Shown in pieces: positions 1-13,499 of a stretch of 64,000 nt of DNA. Position numbers and translations under genes: made by a program. The notes beneath the pieces were generated by a model. It searched no databases, was not told the DNA's origin, and saw nothing but the letters and a program-made list of their open reading frames with translations. The DNA comes from Eledone cirrhosa. Lineage: Eukaryota. The stretch is from NCBI GenBank assembly GCA_964016885.1, contig OZ024745.1, positions 112,034,001 through 112,098,000 on the forward strand. The letters run 5' to 3'. Within the stretch, counting starts at the first letter, position 1. Every line of letters begins with the position of its first letter.

Positions 1-511
1 ATGGCAGTGGGTGGGGGTGACTGAACTTGCCTGTAGAACAATGAGGGAGTTGGTGGAGCCGCAAGCTTTGAAAGTGAATTCTATACAGCAAATTCTAAGG
101 AGTGTGTATGAAATTAGGCTAGATAGGAAGCAGGCAAAAAAGAAATCTGAGAGTGGGACATTATAGAATTAAATGTTTAATAAATTGAGATTAAAAGAAA
201 GAAAAAAAAAATTAAATAGTAAAAAATAATAAAAAATCTCTAGAGTCTAAAGCAGCTGCTATATTTTTAGCTGGTATTGCGTTTTCGGCCAATGCTATAT
301 AGAATTTACTGGGGTGGGGTTTCCGAGGCTACAGAAGCCCGATGGGCTGCCTCAGGGTAGGCGAAAGCAGAAAAGGAAGAGGAGAGGGAGTGGAAGGAAG
401 TGATAAGAAGAGATAAAGGGAAAAAGAAAAGAAGTACATCTACCTATGTATGCTGGGATTTCCCCTATCTTGTTCGGCAAGTGGGGAAAAGAAGGATGTT
501 GCAGCCATTGT

Positions 512-2637
512 CTACCCACCCGGGTCATGAGGGGGTTTGAGGGCGAGGTAAGTCCTACGCAATTGGTGTTTACATGCAGTTACAAGTTCGTCATTTTTGT
601 TTAGGAGTTGGTCCTTCGTAAACACCATTTGTATTGTTTCCTCCGAGCATAAGTTTCGCGGACGGCGCCCTCCCGTGTAGGAGTTAGCCCTGGACAGTAA
701 GCTCCAACTAAGATTGTATGTTATGTTATTATCTTGGAGGTCCCAAATGTGGCTTGAGAGTGTAGTGGCATGTTGCCGGACTGGATTTCAGAACGTATGT
801 CGGTGTGGTAGAGCCGGGTCTTAAATTCACAAGCGGTTAATCCTATATAGACTTTGTTGGAGTTTTGCGTCCTCACATTGCATTGGTAGATCACATTACA
901 TTCTTGGCATCTGTTGGTGAGGGGCATGTAGATCTATCAGGGCAGTTACACCTCCTGGTCGGCTCTCCATTAATGTCTAGGTTGTTTCTTCCATAGGAGT
1001 TGAGTTTCTTGTTGTTTGAGGAGGCGATGTTTTGTGCGAAGTTGGGTGTGGTGCTGTAGGAGAGTTTGATAGTGTTTTTGTTGGTTATGTTGTGGTAGCG
1101 GTGTTGTGTCGAGGAGCCTAAAGAAGATTCTCCCGATTGGAGTTGCCACCTCGCCATTGTGGGGAGGGTTGAACCATGTTAAGTGGTGTGAGCGGTGGCG
1201 TCGCCTGCAAGTTCTGCTAAGGGAAGCTGGATAAAAGGAGATTTCCTCCCGAAAGCTGCTTCACTTGAGAGCCTGATTGTAATAAGGCGCATATTCATCG
1301 AATATCTGCTCATTAGCGGACAAACGAGATATGCGAAGGGAGAAGTTTTTAACCAGGTTATTGGTGATGTTTCTAGGATGGTTAGATCGGCGGTGGATGT
1401 AGTGAGGGCTGTCATTTGGTTTCCTGTATGGGTAGTACAGATTATTTTCGAGGTTGAGGGTAACGTTCGGTAAATTGATTCGGGTTAGGGACGTTTGTAG
1501 GGTGATTTTAAATCCCCAGTCCTGAAAGAAGTTGATTAGTTGTTTACGAACCCGTTCTGTACTACTGGGGTTGTACCCTTTGAGGGTAAGGAGCCCATCG
1601 TCTTGGTACAATCCACCGCCAAATGCAGGAAACATTTCGGTGAGTTTATGTAGTAGGAATAATCCTATAAGACCAGTCAACTCAGCTGAGTCGGTTGCAC
1701 CCATACTGATATCGAAGGGGGAGTCAGGAGCTGTCTTTATCCACTTGGAGTTGTCGAAAAGGAGAAATGTCTTCCTGGCATGGAGAATGATGTTTCTTTC
1801 CTGGTTGGTGATGAGTGTGAGTCTTTTGGCAAAGTCCAAAGCGGCCGTAAGGAGCGGTAAGGTAATAGAGGTGTAATAGCTTTCTATGTCGAACTGGATG
1901 AATTTGGTGTCTTGTTTGTCCTCAATATTCCTGAACGCTGAGATCACTTCCTGGGTGCTGACCCAAAGGCTAAGTCTCACGTTTTGCTTAACTTTTGGTA
2001 TAACGCCGTCTAGGATCTTTTTACTGATTCTCCCTATGTCCGACTTTGTCCAGTTTATAAGCCTGATGGATGGTTTGCGATCGAATTCGGATTTATGGTC
2101 CTTCAGGGTGAAGTAGGGAGTCTGTGGGTCGAGAGGTTCAGTGCAGTCTGCGACCCCGAGGCTGGAGGTAATTTGTTGTCCATCTAGAATTATGTCATGG
2201 ATTATTGAATGGTTAGCCTTTTTGTAGGTGGAATTCAGGCTGCTCCTTATCAGTGTGTGGTATCTGTCAGAGTTGACGAAATAGAGGTTTCCAGTTTTGT
2301 CTGAATGCACCAGGATGTCGTTGGTTCTTTCATACTCCGTTATTTTGCTACGGAGTTGTTTGTGTCTGGGTTTGAATTTTATACCCTTGATCAGGTGGAT
2401 GACATCGTTCTCGAAGGGTGAGAGCATAGGGTTCGGTGGAGGAGATTTGTAGGTATTGAATCCGAATCTCTCCTTAGTGTCAAAGTCCTGGTTGTCACAG
2501 TATCTATCGTAGAAAAATGTTCTCTATCTCAGTCTTTTCGCAAACAGGTCGATTTTTTGCATGAGCATCCGAAGGTAAAGTTTTCTCAGTGGAACTAAGA
2601 TGTTCTTGGTGGAGAAGTTGATAGTGTGTTTTCACAT
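512..2637 (-). pseudogene. Disrupted PLE ORF (reverse transcriptase + GIY-YIG endonuclease)
   Basis: ORF-track pieces 1261-2427, 891-1157 and 721-927 join via an in-frame TGA at 1261-1263 and frameshifts; terminal TAG at ~512. Confidence 0.88.
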
Positions 2638-2819
2638 GGTGGGTGTAATGAAACTAGAGCTGGGTGGAAAAGTTGGGATATGGTGTGGTAGGGTCGGAAA
2701 GTGCTCTACTACGGAGGTAGGAGCTAGATAATAAAGGAAGTGTTGTAAGGAACCAGATGGACCATAACGCACCAGAGTACTCAATACTTAGGGTAGTAGA
2801 GTGGGTAATAGGAAAATGT

Positions 2820-2859
2820 TTAACCCCGACGGCAGAGCTCAAACCGTTTCGATGGCTAT

Positions 2860-2864
<5 letters not shown>
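2820..2864 (-). ncRNA. 3' half of a hammerhead-like motif in the PLE pseudo-LTR
   Basis: Minus strand cagaaatagccatc-GAAA-cggtttgagctctgccg-TC-ggggt: GAAA, stem III and GUC triplet present; CUGA strand absent. Homologous to copies at 57.0-57.4 and 62.4-62.6 kb. Confidence 0.5.
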
Positions 2865-2911
<47 letters not shown>

Positions 2912-3519
2912 TAAAACAACAGATTAAAGTTTAAGCAAAGAATCGCTGCTTTCACCCTTAACGGGATCTTCTGAAACAGTATATATATTGTATATTTGGT
3001 CTCTATTTTTCTTCATTGAATTTGTTTTTAAGTTAATTTTTTCTTAAATTCTATTTTATCCTATATTTCATAGTGATTTATTCTTGTGTATTTAAGTTAT
3101 TTCTTATTTGTCTTTTCAAAAAGAATATGCTGGAAGACATCTAAACCCATGCTAGCGTTAAATGATGATGATGATGATGATGATGAACCGCGTTTTGAAC
3201 ACCTAAATCCCTCGCAATGTCTTTTGTTTTTTTACTTCTCAAATACTTTTTGAACCAAATTATAGTAGACACTCAGATAAGATAGCTACGTTGGTAGTCA
3301 ATAACTGGCATATCTTTTCACTAGGAACAAAGCCAACTTTTGTTGTTGAGGGGAAGAAGATAGTTGATTAAATTAGTTTAATATCTATACACTGATATTT
3401 TAAACAGAGACCCTACAAGGCCAAAACTAAACACCATCTTAAAAAAGAACAAAACCAGGATTTATTAGATAATGTAGTCCAAGATACACTAAATCTAGAA
3501 CAAAGATGGGATATGTGAT

Positions 3520-3855
3520 GGCGATATATTTGTTTTGCAAGGCTTTTGATATGAAATTGTGTGTTGAAACAGATATTGTTAGATTTGGGGAGGGTCATGT
3601 TTGTTCAATTGGAGGAAACATAGAAACATCACTGATGATGTCACAGATATGGGTGATGAAAGAACTCTTAGAAACTATATTTATATTCATATTTTTTAAC
3701 CGTTGGTCAATCAATGATAAACATTGATTGCCAACTAAATTATTTATAGAAATTAAAAAATATACTCAAGTAAAAACCAAACCAAACAGTGAGTGTGTTT
3801 TACTATATTTTTCTGGTAATATTAGAACAATGTGACCCTCCCTAAATATAACAAA
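3520..3855. repeat. Opposed fragments of the 'gaaatcgtgtgtcgaaac..ggggagggtc' repeat family
   Basis: Same family at ~38420-38530 and 55110-55589; 3690-3855 matches the right arm of the 55.4-55.6 kb inverted repeat. Confidence 0.6.
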
Positions 3856-4788
3856 GATAGGATAGCCATAGCTATAATGCATCTTATTATAGGTCTGCTT
3901 AATCAGAAACTAATAATAATTTCTACTGTTTTTATTATATAACTCTGCCAACACACTCTCCTTATACACAGATATATAATGAAAGACACATGAATAAGCT
4001 GGTATGTAATAAAATATACTTGTTATAGTTACTGATTTATTTGTTAAAAAATAGACTTGCATTAGCAGCAAATTGAACCCAATTTAATATATTATGACCT
4101 TTGTTTATATGAATTAGAGAAAGGAGTGAATTACAGTTCAGCAGTGAATTTATGAAATCAAAGCATTCAGATTTGAAACAAAGAGCACATTGCTTCAAAA
4201 CAGATGCTTAAGCATTTAATTTATCATTCTTAATTGAAAAATAAATTAATTTAATTGCGATTCTGATATAGTAATTATTTTCCCATTATTCTTGGCTGCT
4301 ATATTCTCTTGTGATTCTTTTCTTCCCAAATCTCTCTTTCTAATTAACTTGCAGATATTTTTTTAAATTAAATGTTGTGACTTATATTAATTATTCTAAT
4401 CTTTATACTTTGAGCTTCTTTCCAATAATAAATTCTACTGTTGATTTAGTGCTTGAAATATAGCTTAGCTGCAGATGAATTACAATTATACACCCACATA
4501 CACTCCTACCCCTACACACATGCACTCACACACACAAATATGCACATACATCTATGTACACACACACACAGACATATACACATCTATATGTAAGTGTACC
4601 CCACACATATCTTTTATTACCCTTAAAGACCATAAACTTATTTTTCTCAATAACTCGATATGTACTCTTATTAATCCAACTAAAGCTGAGATAATGAACC
4701 TATTCTAAATTTAGTTTTACATACAAAAGAAAAACAAAAAATAAAACAAAGAAAAATAAATTGCCTATCAGTTATTGAATCATATAAT

Positions 4789-4979
4789 AATTGTTTCTAC
4801 TTTTTGGCACAAGGCCAGCAATTATCCCAGAGCATTACTTGTACTTTATTTTATCGACCCCGTAAGGATGAAAGGCAAAGTTAAATTCGGCGGGATTTGA
4901 ACTCAGAATGGCAAGGGCCATAACTCTATGCATCAAAGCATGGCGTCCGACCCTCTACCAATACTGCCAATCCACCGCC
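4789..4979 (-). mobile_element. tRNA-derived SINE, family A
   Basis: A box (tggcagtattggtaga), B box (gagttcaaatccc), core tttgcctttcatccttacggggtcgataaaataaagtac, tail gtagaaacaattatt; about 20 related copies in the window. Confidence 0.9.
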
Positions 4980-5532
4980 ATCACATTGAATGATATAATA
5001 ATATTAGTGACAAACATAGATGTAGGTTCATCCAGTTTGATAGTGTTGATTTTTATTACTCTTGACAGTCGGTATGATATTTGTTCTAGCTCACTGAGCT
5101 TTGAGTTTAAATCCTGTCATGGTCAACTTAGCCTTTTGTCCTTTCCAGGTCAATAAATAATGTACCAGTCCAGTACTGGCAACGATTCTCTCTCCTTTCT
5201 GGAAGAAATTAGCTGTGTTCCAATCTGGAATGGGACGGGCTTTGTCAGGCTTAAAATCCAAAAAATTTGCCATGTGTCAGGACAAGACCCCTATAACTCA
5301 AGCATGACTTAAGGACCCTTTATTTTTTTTAAAGCATGACCACTTATTATAAAAGATTTAACATTTGTTAAAACCTGTGCCTATTAGCTGGAAAAATGAG
5401 TACCAGTAGCAGTGGCTGAGGGTTAACTTTGTGGTAGACTGGTATCTTGTCCAGAGGCGAGTCTTTTATTCTTTGTCTCTTAACATCTCTTGAGACTAGG
5501 ATAAACTTCAGCCTCATGGCTCAAAACAGACT

Positions 5533-5760
5533 TTAACCTTTTGATATTAAACTATCTGAAATGTTTGTTTTAAAGTGTTCATATTTAAGTTTACACCTTC
5601 ATTAACATTTTTTGTGAGAACCTTTTCTTAAGCTATGATTGTTCTAAACACCAACTTAATAACAAAGAAGTTAGTTATATTACTAAATCTCTCCACATTT
5701 TTGATTATTTGTAAATCATAAGCAACGTCTTTCATTAGAAATATGGGAACAAAACTGTTA
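5533..5760. mobile_element. Degraded TTAA-flanked (piggyBac-like) MITE
   Basis: Begins ttaacctttt and ends gttaa; related copies at ~26930-27157, ~31020-31225 and ~36834-37080 share aaacaccaacttaataa-like sequence. Confidence 0.5.
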
Positions 5761-5769
5761 ATGTTTTTC

Positions 5770-6400
5770 TTACATGTCTTGACTGACATTAGTTCAAGCT
5801 GAACATCATCTGCATCCATCTTAACAGTCTGAGAGGGCATTCTTGATAAATTGATAAAAAAAACACATTCAATAATTACAACACAGAATATATTAAATTA
5901 TTGATAAATGGATATAATAATAAACTTGAAAAATCAACTCATCTACAAAACTCAAGACATAAGAATAAAATAAAAATTTTCTCCTCAGACATTTAGTTTT
6001 TGACAGAACTCTTCTTAAATTACCCCTTCCCCAGTTATATTGTGTGCCAGTGAAACTATTCTCTCCCACCACCCAGAAGATGAATATTGATCCGCTTAAA
6101 TGAAATTTGCCAAAGAGCAATGATAATCACTTATTTGCCAAATACAAAGGAAGTAAAAGATTAATTTAGCAGATCAATTAAGTATGTTCAGTGGAGATGA
6201 GACTTTGTTCCTGTATCAATTGGATTTTATAATTTTTTCCATGAGAGGATTCTATAGCATGCAGGGTTTTATTTGTAACACTTGGGAAAATAGTGTAGTT
6301 TTTAGAACGGAACAAATTGGTAGAGTAGTTGCTTTTGGTGCCATTAGGATCAAGATGGCAACATTTTATCAATCCAATATAACATGAAAGTTCTGCTTCA
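5770..6400 (-). pseudogene. Candidate class C GPCR 7TM (TM2-ICL3) pseudogene fragment
   Basis: Frame-hopping translation: EL..VAILILMAPKATTLPICSVLK..CML*NPLMEKIIKS..SAKLIFYFLCIWQI..IIIALW..VVIIECVFFINLSRMPS, resembling mGluR REL/C/YSAL-KT/Q/CTFYAFKTRNVP in order. By-eye only. Confidence 0.4.
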
Positions 6401-6989
6401 AAGAATAAAACGAGATAAATGGAATGGATTTGCATTCAAAAGAAAAGTTTTGGAAATAATTTGCATATCATAAAATAGAACTGAGAATAAATTCAGACCA
6501 GTCATAAGAGAGACACTAGAAATGTTTCTATTTATTATTTTTCCTTTCTTACTTTAGTATTTATTCATACAAAAGATGGCTGAATCTTAAACTTTAATAA
6601 TATTGAATGTTCAATAAAATCTTACACAGAATATAGTTAAAAGAGAAAATTGTAGAATTGCATATTTTAATTCCTGGGTAGTCACTGATACTCGAGTAGT
6701 CACTGTATCAGATATATTCAGGCAGAGTATCATTGATCAAGTCATAAATGTATGATGAAAGGTTTTGATACTTAATAATATATAATATGTGTGGAAGGAA
6801 AAATAGATTAAGTCAACCCCAGTACTTAGCAGGTATTTTACTTAATTGAGTCCAGAGGGATGACAGGCTAAATTGATTACAGCTCTTTACATCTGAAGAT
6901 GTAAACAGCTGTAAGAAATATCATAAGACATTTTATCTAATATTCTAGTGATTCTGTCAATCTGCTGCTCTTAAAATACAACAAAATAA

Positions 6990-7207
6990 TGGTTTCTGAT
7001 TTAGGCACAAGGACAACAATTTTAAGGGGAAGAGAAAATCGATTAAATTGACTCTAGTGCATTACTGGTACTTTATTTTATCGACCCCGTAAGGATGAAA
7101 GGCAAAGCTAGCCTCGGCAGGATTTGAACTCAGAACATAAAGGGCTGTAACTCTATGTGCAAAGCATGGTGTCTGATGCTCTACTGGTTCTACCAATTCA
7201 CCACCCT
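6990..7207 (-). mobile_element. SINE family A, longer-tail variant
   Basis: Same head and core as 4789-4979 with an extended 3' part (..ttgtgcctaaatcagaaacc). Confidence 0.85.
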
Positions 7208-7825
7208 AAAATACTACAAAATAATAACAAAACAAACACTAATAGAACAGTCTATGAGTATTTTGAATTGTTAATCTTTTTTACCTCAATGCAACTGTTA
7301 TATTTCAAATTACCCATATAATAACTATAGCTTAAACATTGTCAACATAGTTGTTGTCATCAATTTCCACTTACCAAGGAAAGGATACATTGGATAATAT
7401 ACACTGAGAAAAACTATACCTGAAAAAAAAAAGAAAAGGATAGGATGGTCATTGCTGCAAAGCTTTTGATAAAAGGTTTGCTTCATCAGGACTAACCGTG
7501 GACTAAATAATTGTTTCTACTTTTGGTACAAGGCCAACAATTATCCTAGCTCATTACTGGTACTTTATTTTATCCACCCCATAAGAATGAAAGGCAAAGT
7601 TAACCTCGGTGGGATTTGATCTCAATGGCAACAACAACTCTGAGAGGTATGAGCTTTGTCAAATTGGTTTATGTTTGATTATAAAACAACAATTTTAGTG
7701 TTTCAAGTGCTTAAAAGCTGGGAATCATTCTTTCCTATGATATTTACTAGATTCCTTGTAATTACTTTACATTACCACCTTCAGGTCTACAGTGGTTTTA
7801 TGTTAACTTCTTCAGGTCAATACTG

Positions 7826-8080
7826 GCCTATAATGAATGATTTTACATTACCTTCTCCAGCCCTATAGTGCCCTATAATGGTTTTACATTACCTTCTCCA
7901 GCTTTATAGTGGCCTATAATGGTTTGATATTACCTTCTCCAGCTCTATAGTAGTTTTACATTACCTTCTCCAACCCTATATTGGTTTAACATTACCTTCT
8001 CCAGCCATATAATGGCCTATATTGGTTTAACATTACCTTCTCCAGCCCTATAATGGCCTATATTGGTTTTTCATTAATTT
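7826..8080. repeat. Minisatellite, ~31-41 bp unit (attaccttctccagccctataatggcctatattggtttaac)
   Basis: Six ttaccttctcca units visible. Confidence 0.85.
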
Positions 8081-8089
8081 CTTCTTCAG

Positions 8090-9020
8090 GGGAAACTTTG
8101 ACTTTGTACTGTAATACAAAATCCTTCAGTTTCAGCTTTGAGTCCTGTGTTTCTTAGTGTTGTGAATTTTCCTTGTCCACATCTTCTCTGTTTGGCATCT
8201 TTGGATATTGGTCATGTAGTAGATATTCTTGCCATCATTTAATCATGTCATTCTGAGGCCTGTTTTTAGCTTGGGTTTTAGCCTTTTCCCAATTTCAACT
8301 GATGTTTCTTCTCTTTCTTTGCAACTTGTTGACATTTCAGCTCCTGGTTTGTATTTGTTGGTTTCTTTGAAGACATAAAACATTTTTTGTTTGGTTTGTG
8401 TTTTGTAGCTATTTCTATCAACTTTCTATTATTTTATACTAAATACTTTCATAGTTCCAGAGTTGATATTTTAAAATAGTTTTCTTGTTGCACAAGGCCG
8501 CTATCTTCCTGTATTTGTGGTAAATATAATCTTTATATGAGATTTTGTATGATGTTTTATAAATGCAGTCGTTATCGTTCTTATTTTTCTGTCTAGTCTT
8601 GCTGGCATGTTTAATGGCCAATTAAAAATATAATAACTATAGCTTAAAACTGGGATAGCTTGGATATCGATGCTGATTACCTTATTCTTTACATTTAGCT
8701 ATGTTTTGTGTAATAATCAATTGTGTCTATAATATTCCTTCCTAATCTTTTCTTTCATATGTGTTTGTTGTACATTGTCTAGTTTATTGATTCCTAAGTA
8801 TTTGTGTTTAGTTTAATTCTCTCATCTCAGTTTCTTTATCTAGTAATGATACAAGTGTTTTTAATTAATTTGTCTCTCTTCAATTTTACTTTGGCACATT
8901 TTAAAAACCCAAATCTCATATTAATTTCTTTGGTAAATTCATGTACTGTCTGTTATAGTGTTTCTTGTCTATCATCTGCAGCATACAACTTGAGCTTGTT
9001 TATGGCAGCCTGCTTAAAAT
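8090..9020 (-). mobile_element. Degraded R4/Dong-like LINE fragment
   Basis: Minus strand LKLYAA..EINMRFGFLKCAKV..ETEGFCITVQSQS resembles R4 'DIGMxFGLDKCA' and 'ETEGFIxAAQDQ'. Confidence 0.7.
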
Positions 9021-9949
9021 GAGGTGGCTGTTACAGCAGGTGTTTCTAGCCATTATCCCCAGTACTTTGCCATTTTGTCCTCAGGGCATGGCTATGGCAC
9101 CGTTCAGACTGGAGTATAGTGTCTATCATCCCTTTCTCCCTTTCTTTCATTGCTTGATTCTTTTTTTCTTCTTTTCATTTCTTTTTTTTTCTGTTTATTT
9201 TTGTTCCCTTTAATAGTGTTTTTCGTATTTGTAATGTTATTTATATAATTGTGAATAAATGATTTTATATCTATTACAGTGAAAAAACAAACAAACAAAC
9301 AAACAAAAACAAAAAGATGGTCAATTGATTTATATTGAGGTCTAGTCTTATCAGTGCCAGATCAAAGAGGAATGGTAAGACTCCCATTAGAATATTCTTT
9401 TTCTAATTAAGATCTGTTTAGCTTTCATAGTTCTCTACCAACAAAATTGTTTGCCATATATTTATGACCTGTTTCATGCATTTTCTCATTATTGATGCTA
9501 CCTTATTCATAGCTAGTGTTTCCAGAATCCATATGTTGTTGTTGTTGTTGTTGTTATTGATGGTTTGTGCAGTAAATATGATTATTATTGAATCTTCTAC
9601 CATATGTCTCAACAAGGACAGACAAAAAAAAAAAAGAAAAACAAACTACTGCCATCATTGGCAATCGAGTATGACTTGGTAGTATGTACCATACATTTGT
9701 TAAGGGTTTTAGGTGCCTATGCAATCACAAGAGTGCATGTTACTCAATCCCAAGCTGATGTCTGAGTAAAGTAAAGGTACTGATTTTTCTATGTACAACA
9801 TAGTAATGCAGCACCTTGTTTATGTATATAGGCATATTGGTTATGATCTTAACTGCATGTACATATTTGTTTCAACATGATCGATTGAGTCAGTCATGAG
9901 TTATTGCTGTTTATGTACAGACAGGTTTATAACCTCTGTTACGTTTGGA

Positions 9950-10230
9950 TACAGGAAAATATTGAACAATGGTGTGTGCAATCAAATTTCGTGTAAAACT
10001 CAACAAATCTGCCACCAAAACATTTAATTCTTTAACATAAGGTTATAGAAATACCACTCTATCGAGAAGTAAGGTTTTTAAATGGCACAAAGCTTTCAAA
10101 GAGGGCTGAGAAAATGTTGAAGACAAACCTTGTTCTGGAAGGATAATCTTGCCAACAACTGAACAAAAGGTGGAAACAGTGATTGCCAAATATTGCCGAT
10201 TAAGCATTAGAATGATTGCAGCAGAAAAGA
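9950..10230 (+). mobile_element. Mariner transposase N-terminal (HTH) fragment
   Basis: CAIKFRVKLNKSATKTF..LSRSKVFKWHKAFKEG*ENVEDKPCSGR..RLSIRMIAAE, with stops. Confidence 0.85.
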
Positions 10231-10339
10231 TATTTATTTACTTGAATCATTTTACATTAATCAAAAAAATATTCAACAGTATTTTTAACATACTAAACGA
10301 CTTTTTTCACTATGTATACAATTTTCACATCCAATCAAA

Positions 10340-12240
10340 CCATGTCCTACCATATTCCTTGGTAGATACAGTATATAAATATCACTTCTCGGATGTAATG
10401 CACCACATAGTCAAAATCTTCCTTGTTTTTTCATCTAAAGCCTTCATTTCTCCTTGTGTCCAGCCTCATAGCGTAGTAAAAACACAGGCCATTTGTACAC
10501 AGCAAGAATTATTTCTTCCATTTGATGCTGACTTTAATACTAGTTTCAATTGCTTCAAATATTTTGTCTCAAATTTTTTCTTCATCTCCTCTTCCTTGAT
10601 TTTATCAGCTTCCAGTATTCCTAGGTATTTATATCTTGCATTCTCAACACCTTTCATGGCCTGGCCATCCACCAACATAATCCCATCAATTGTTACTACC
10701 TTCCCCATCTTCATTATCAACATTCTACACCTGTTGATTCCAAATACCATTCCTATATCATTATTGAACATGTGTACTGTGTTGACTAATGAGTCAATCT
10801 AATCTTGTTTTTTTCCAAATAGCTTAAGATCATCCCTAAAGAGTAGATGATTGACTTCTACACACTTTCTATCGATTTCATAACCCAAAGCTGTTTTTAT
10901 CATCAAAAGAGACAATGGAACCATACATAACATAAAAAGCAATGGTGAAAAACTGTCACCTTGTTATATGCCTCTTTTGTTCTTTACTTCTCCAAGAGCT
11001 TCACCAGATGATATAAGCTTTGTTTTCTAGCTCTCCATACTACTGCTGATAAATTTCTCTATGTTATTTGCAATTCCAAATAGTTTCATGCATTCTATAA
11101 TCCAAGTGTGCAGTACCATGTTCTACACTTTTTTATAGTCTACCCAAGCCATTGCTAATTTGGTATGTCTCCTACAATCTTTTAATATAATTTTGTCAAT
11201 CTATCTGCTAAATATGTTTTATTAATAAAAATCTATTTCAAATAACAACACTACAGATATTTAAAAACGGAAAATGAAGGGAAGGGCAAAGGCTCTAGGG
11301 TCACAGAAGAATGGGAGGGGGAAGAGGGAGGGTGATGGGCTCTAGGCCATGGTGGTGTTGGTGCTGCACCCCGCAGACAAGACTGCAAAAACATTTCCTT
11401 TGTTACTCTGCTGTACTCCTTACACCCTTTCTGTTTACCTGGTAATATTTCTTCTCTATCAAGAAACTCATACATACCTTCAACCACAACACTTGTTAAC
11501 TTTCACATTAGTGGAAGGCAAGATATTGGGTGAAAGTTTTCCACATCATTTTCCCTTTGCTGGGTCTTTCAAACACAAAACAGCTCTTCCTCAAATCATT
11601 TAACTGAGAATTGCCTGTTCCCCATCAAGTATGTAATCATAATTCTATTGTGCAGAACAGTTAGCTTCTTCAGCCAGAAACCTTGAATTCTGTCAGGCTA
11701 TGGGAGCTGCTGGTTGGGCATTTTCCTTCATTGTGATGCTACCATTTCTCTTGTAATCTTAATGTTCTTCTGTTTTCTATACCTTGCTTCACCATTATGT
11801 TCTTTCTCCACACCTCATACACTATTCCAAAATGTTTTGTTATCATATGCATTGGGGATAAGTTCATCATGTCTCATCTCACTATTTAATTCTGTATACA
11901 CCTTTTCCAGGTCAACATTATGTGTTCTGTTTAATCTATATTGTTTTATGTATTGCTCATATCTTCTGATAACCACAGACTTTGCAATAATTCTTTGTCA
12001 GATTTCTTTCATAACTATATCTACTCCTTTCCTTTTGATGTTGTATCTCCTTTTTATTTCCTGATTCTTTCCAGCTTTTATTATATCTCCCTTAGTTTTT
12101 CTTTCCAGAATATTCAAATCTATTCTCAGTCAATTCAAGTCACTTTGTATTCTTATCTTCCACAATGGATCTTTATTTTGTGATGTGTTTGTTATTTGTT
12201 CCTAATTTTTTGTATTATTTATTCCTAATTATATATTCCT
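10340..12240 (-). mobile_element. Degraded R4/Dong-like LINE (RT region)
   Basis: ILPGKQKGCK, AMAWVDYKK, RGI*QGDSFSPLLF, NHLLFRDDLKLF, DIGMVFGINRC, YKYLGILEAD; interrupted at ~11200-11390. Confidence 0.85.
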
Positions 12241-12244
12241 ACTG

Positions 12245-12803
12245 CTGAGGTTAGCTTTGTCTTACAGGGTCGATAAAATAAAGCATCAGTAATGCACCGG
12301 GGTCAGTTTAATTGACTTTCCTCTCCCCATAAATTGTTGGCTCTGTGCCTAAATCAGAAGCAATCATTATAGAAGGCGAAGGATTGGTAGTAACAGTTGA
12401 GCATTGGAAAACATGTTTTGCAGCATATAGTTGCATTGTTTAAGTTCTGAGTTTAAATCCCACCAAGGTTAGCTTTGCCTTTCATCCTTACAGGGTTGAT
12501 AAAATAAAATACCAGTAATGTACTGGGGTTGATTTATTTGATTTTCTCCTTCCCCAAAATTGTTGGCCTTGTGCCTAAATCCGAAACCATTATTAATCTT
12601 AAATTAAAAGGGCGGTGGATTGGCAGTATCGGTAGAGGAGTCGGACGCCAAGCTTTGACGCATGGAGTTACGGCCCTTGCCATTCTGAGTCCAAATCCCG
12701 CCGAGGTTAACTTTGCCTTTCATCCTTACGGGGGTTGATAAAATAAAGTACCAGTAATGAACTGAGTAATTGCTGGCCTTGTGCCTAAAAGTAGAAACAA
12801 TTA
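12245..12803 (+). mobile_element. Three head-to-tail SINE family A copies
   Basis: Core repeated at ~12250, ~12470 and ~12710; the last copy (12609-12803) is near consensus. Confidence 0.88.
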
Positions 12804-13439
12804 TTAAATTAAAATAAAAAAATCAACTAAGGAAAGCGGTAGCAGAATCATTCCTACTATGCCACAGAATGTAATTGATACTAAAACAGACACCATTTTG
12901 ATTAGAAGTATTCAGGTATTCATGAGAGAAATCTGAGATTTTATTTCAAATTTCTTATTCATGCTTAAAAGGATATCACATATGTTGTATATGGTAAAAT
13001 ATTTTCTGGACTGCTCTCATACATACTAAGGAGGAATGAATGATTAAGTTTGCATATAAAAATAACTTCTTATCTTATTAATAGTGGATGTATATGTATA
13101 AGAAATGCAAGCGTCTATGCATGTTCATACATATGTATCTAAACATTGGCATGATATATGTGAGTGTGTGTGTTTGTGTGTATATGCACACGCTTGTGTA
13201 TGGCATATATAAATATATATGCACACACTCACACACATGCACATATATATATATATATATGTATATATATGTATATATATGTATATATATATATATATGT
13301 GTGTGTGCACACACGCATGCAAAAACACACATATATACATATATATATGAATAAGAACTAATTTGGACAATGTCAACCTGTCCATCCATGGCAGAATGAA
13401 GATAATGATGATAACAGCATGTATGTATATGTATGTATA

Positions 13440-13449
13440 TGTATGTATA

Positions 13450-13499
<50 letters not shown>

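Larger units (their letters stand above)
1..2864 (-). mobile_element. Penelope-like retroelement (RT followed by C-terminal GIY-YIG endonuclease), probably Hydra-type; 3' UTR runs off the window start
   Basis: Minus strand reads NFSTKNILVP..ERFGFNTYKSPPP..SDKTGNLY..QFDIESYY..SMGATDSAEL..GLYQDDGL..WFNPP..CNCPDRSTC..NVIYQCNV..VYIGLT..LNKNDELVTACKH. A 5' pseudo-LTR piece at ~2730-2864 abuts a (TA)n tract. Confidence 0.92.

Noticed and set aside
315-358. Hammerhead-like ctgaggc..gcctcggaaac on the minus strand
   Set aside because: Lacks CUGANGA and a stem III with NUH; just a hairpin in the PLE 3' UTR.
1261-1263. In-frame TGA in the PLE ORF as selenocysteine (as in Naiad PLEs)
   Set aside because: Not at an evident Cys position, the element has the C-terminal-endonuclease layout and also carries frameshifts; CGA>TGA decay is simpler.
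5774-5841. Standalone 68-nt exon with AG/GT boundaries on the minus strand
   Set aside because: The frame continues upstream as VVIIECVFFINLSRMP, fitting the larger 7TM-like remnant better; no partner exons identified.
10149-10802. 217-aa plus-strand ORF
   Set aside because: Chimera of a mariner fragment and the antisense strand of an R4 LINE.
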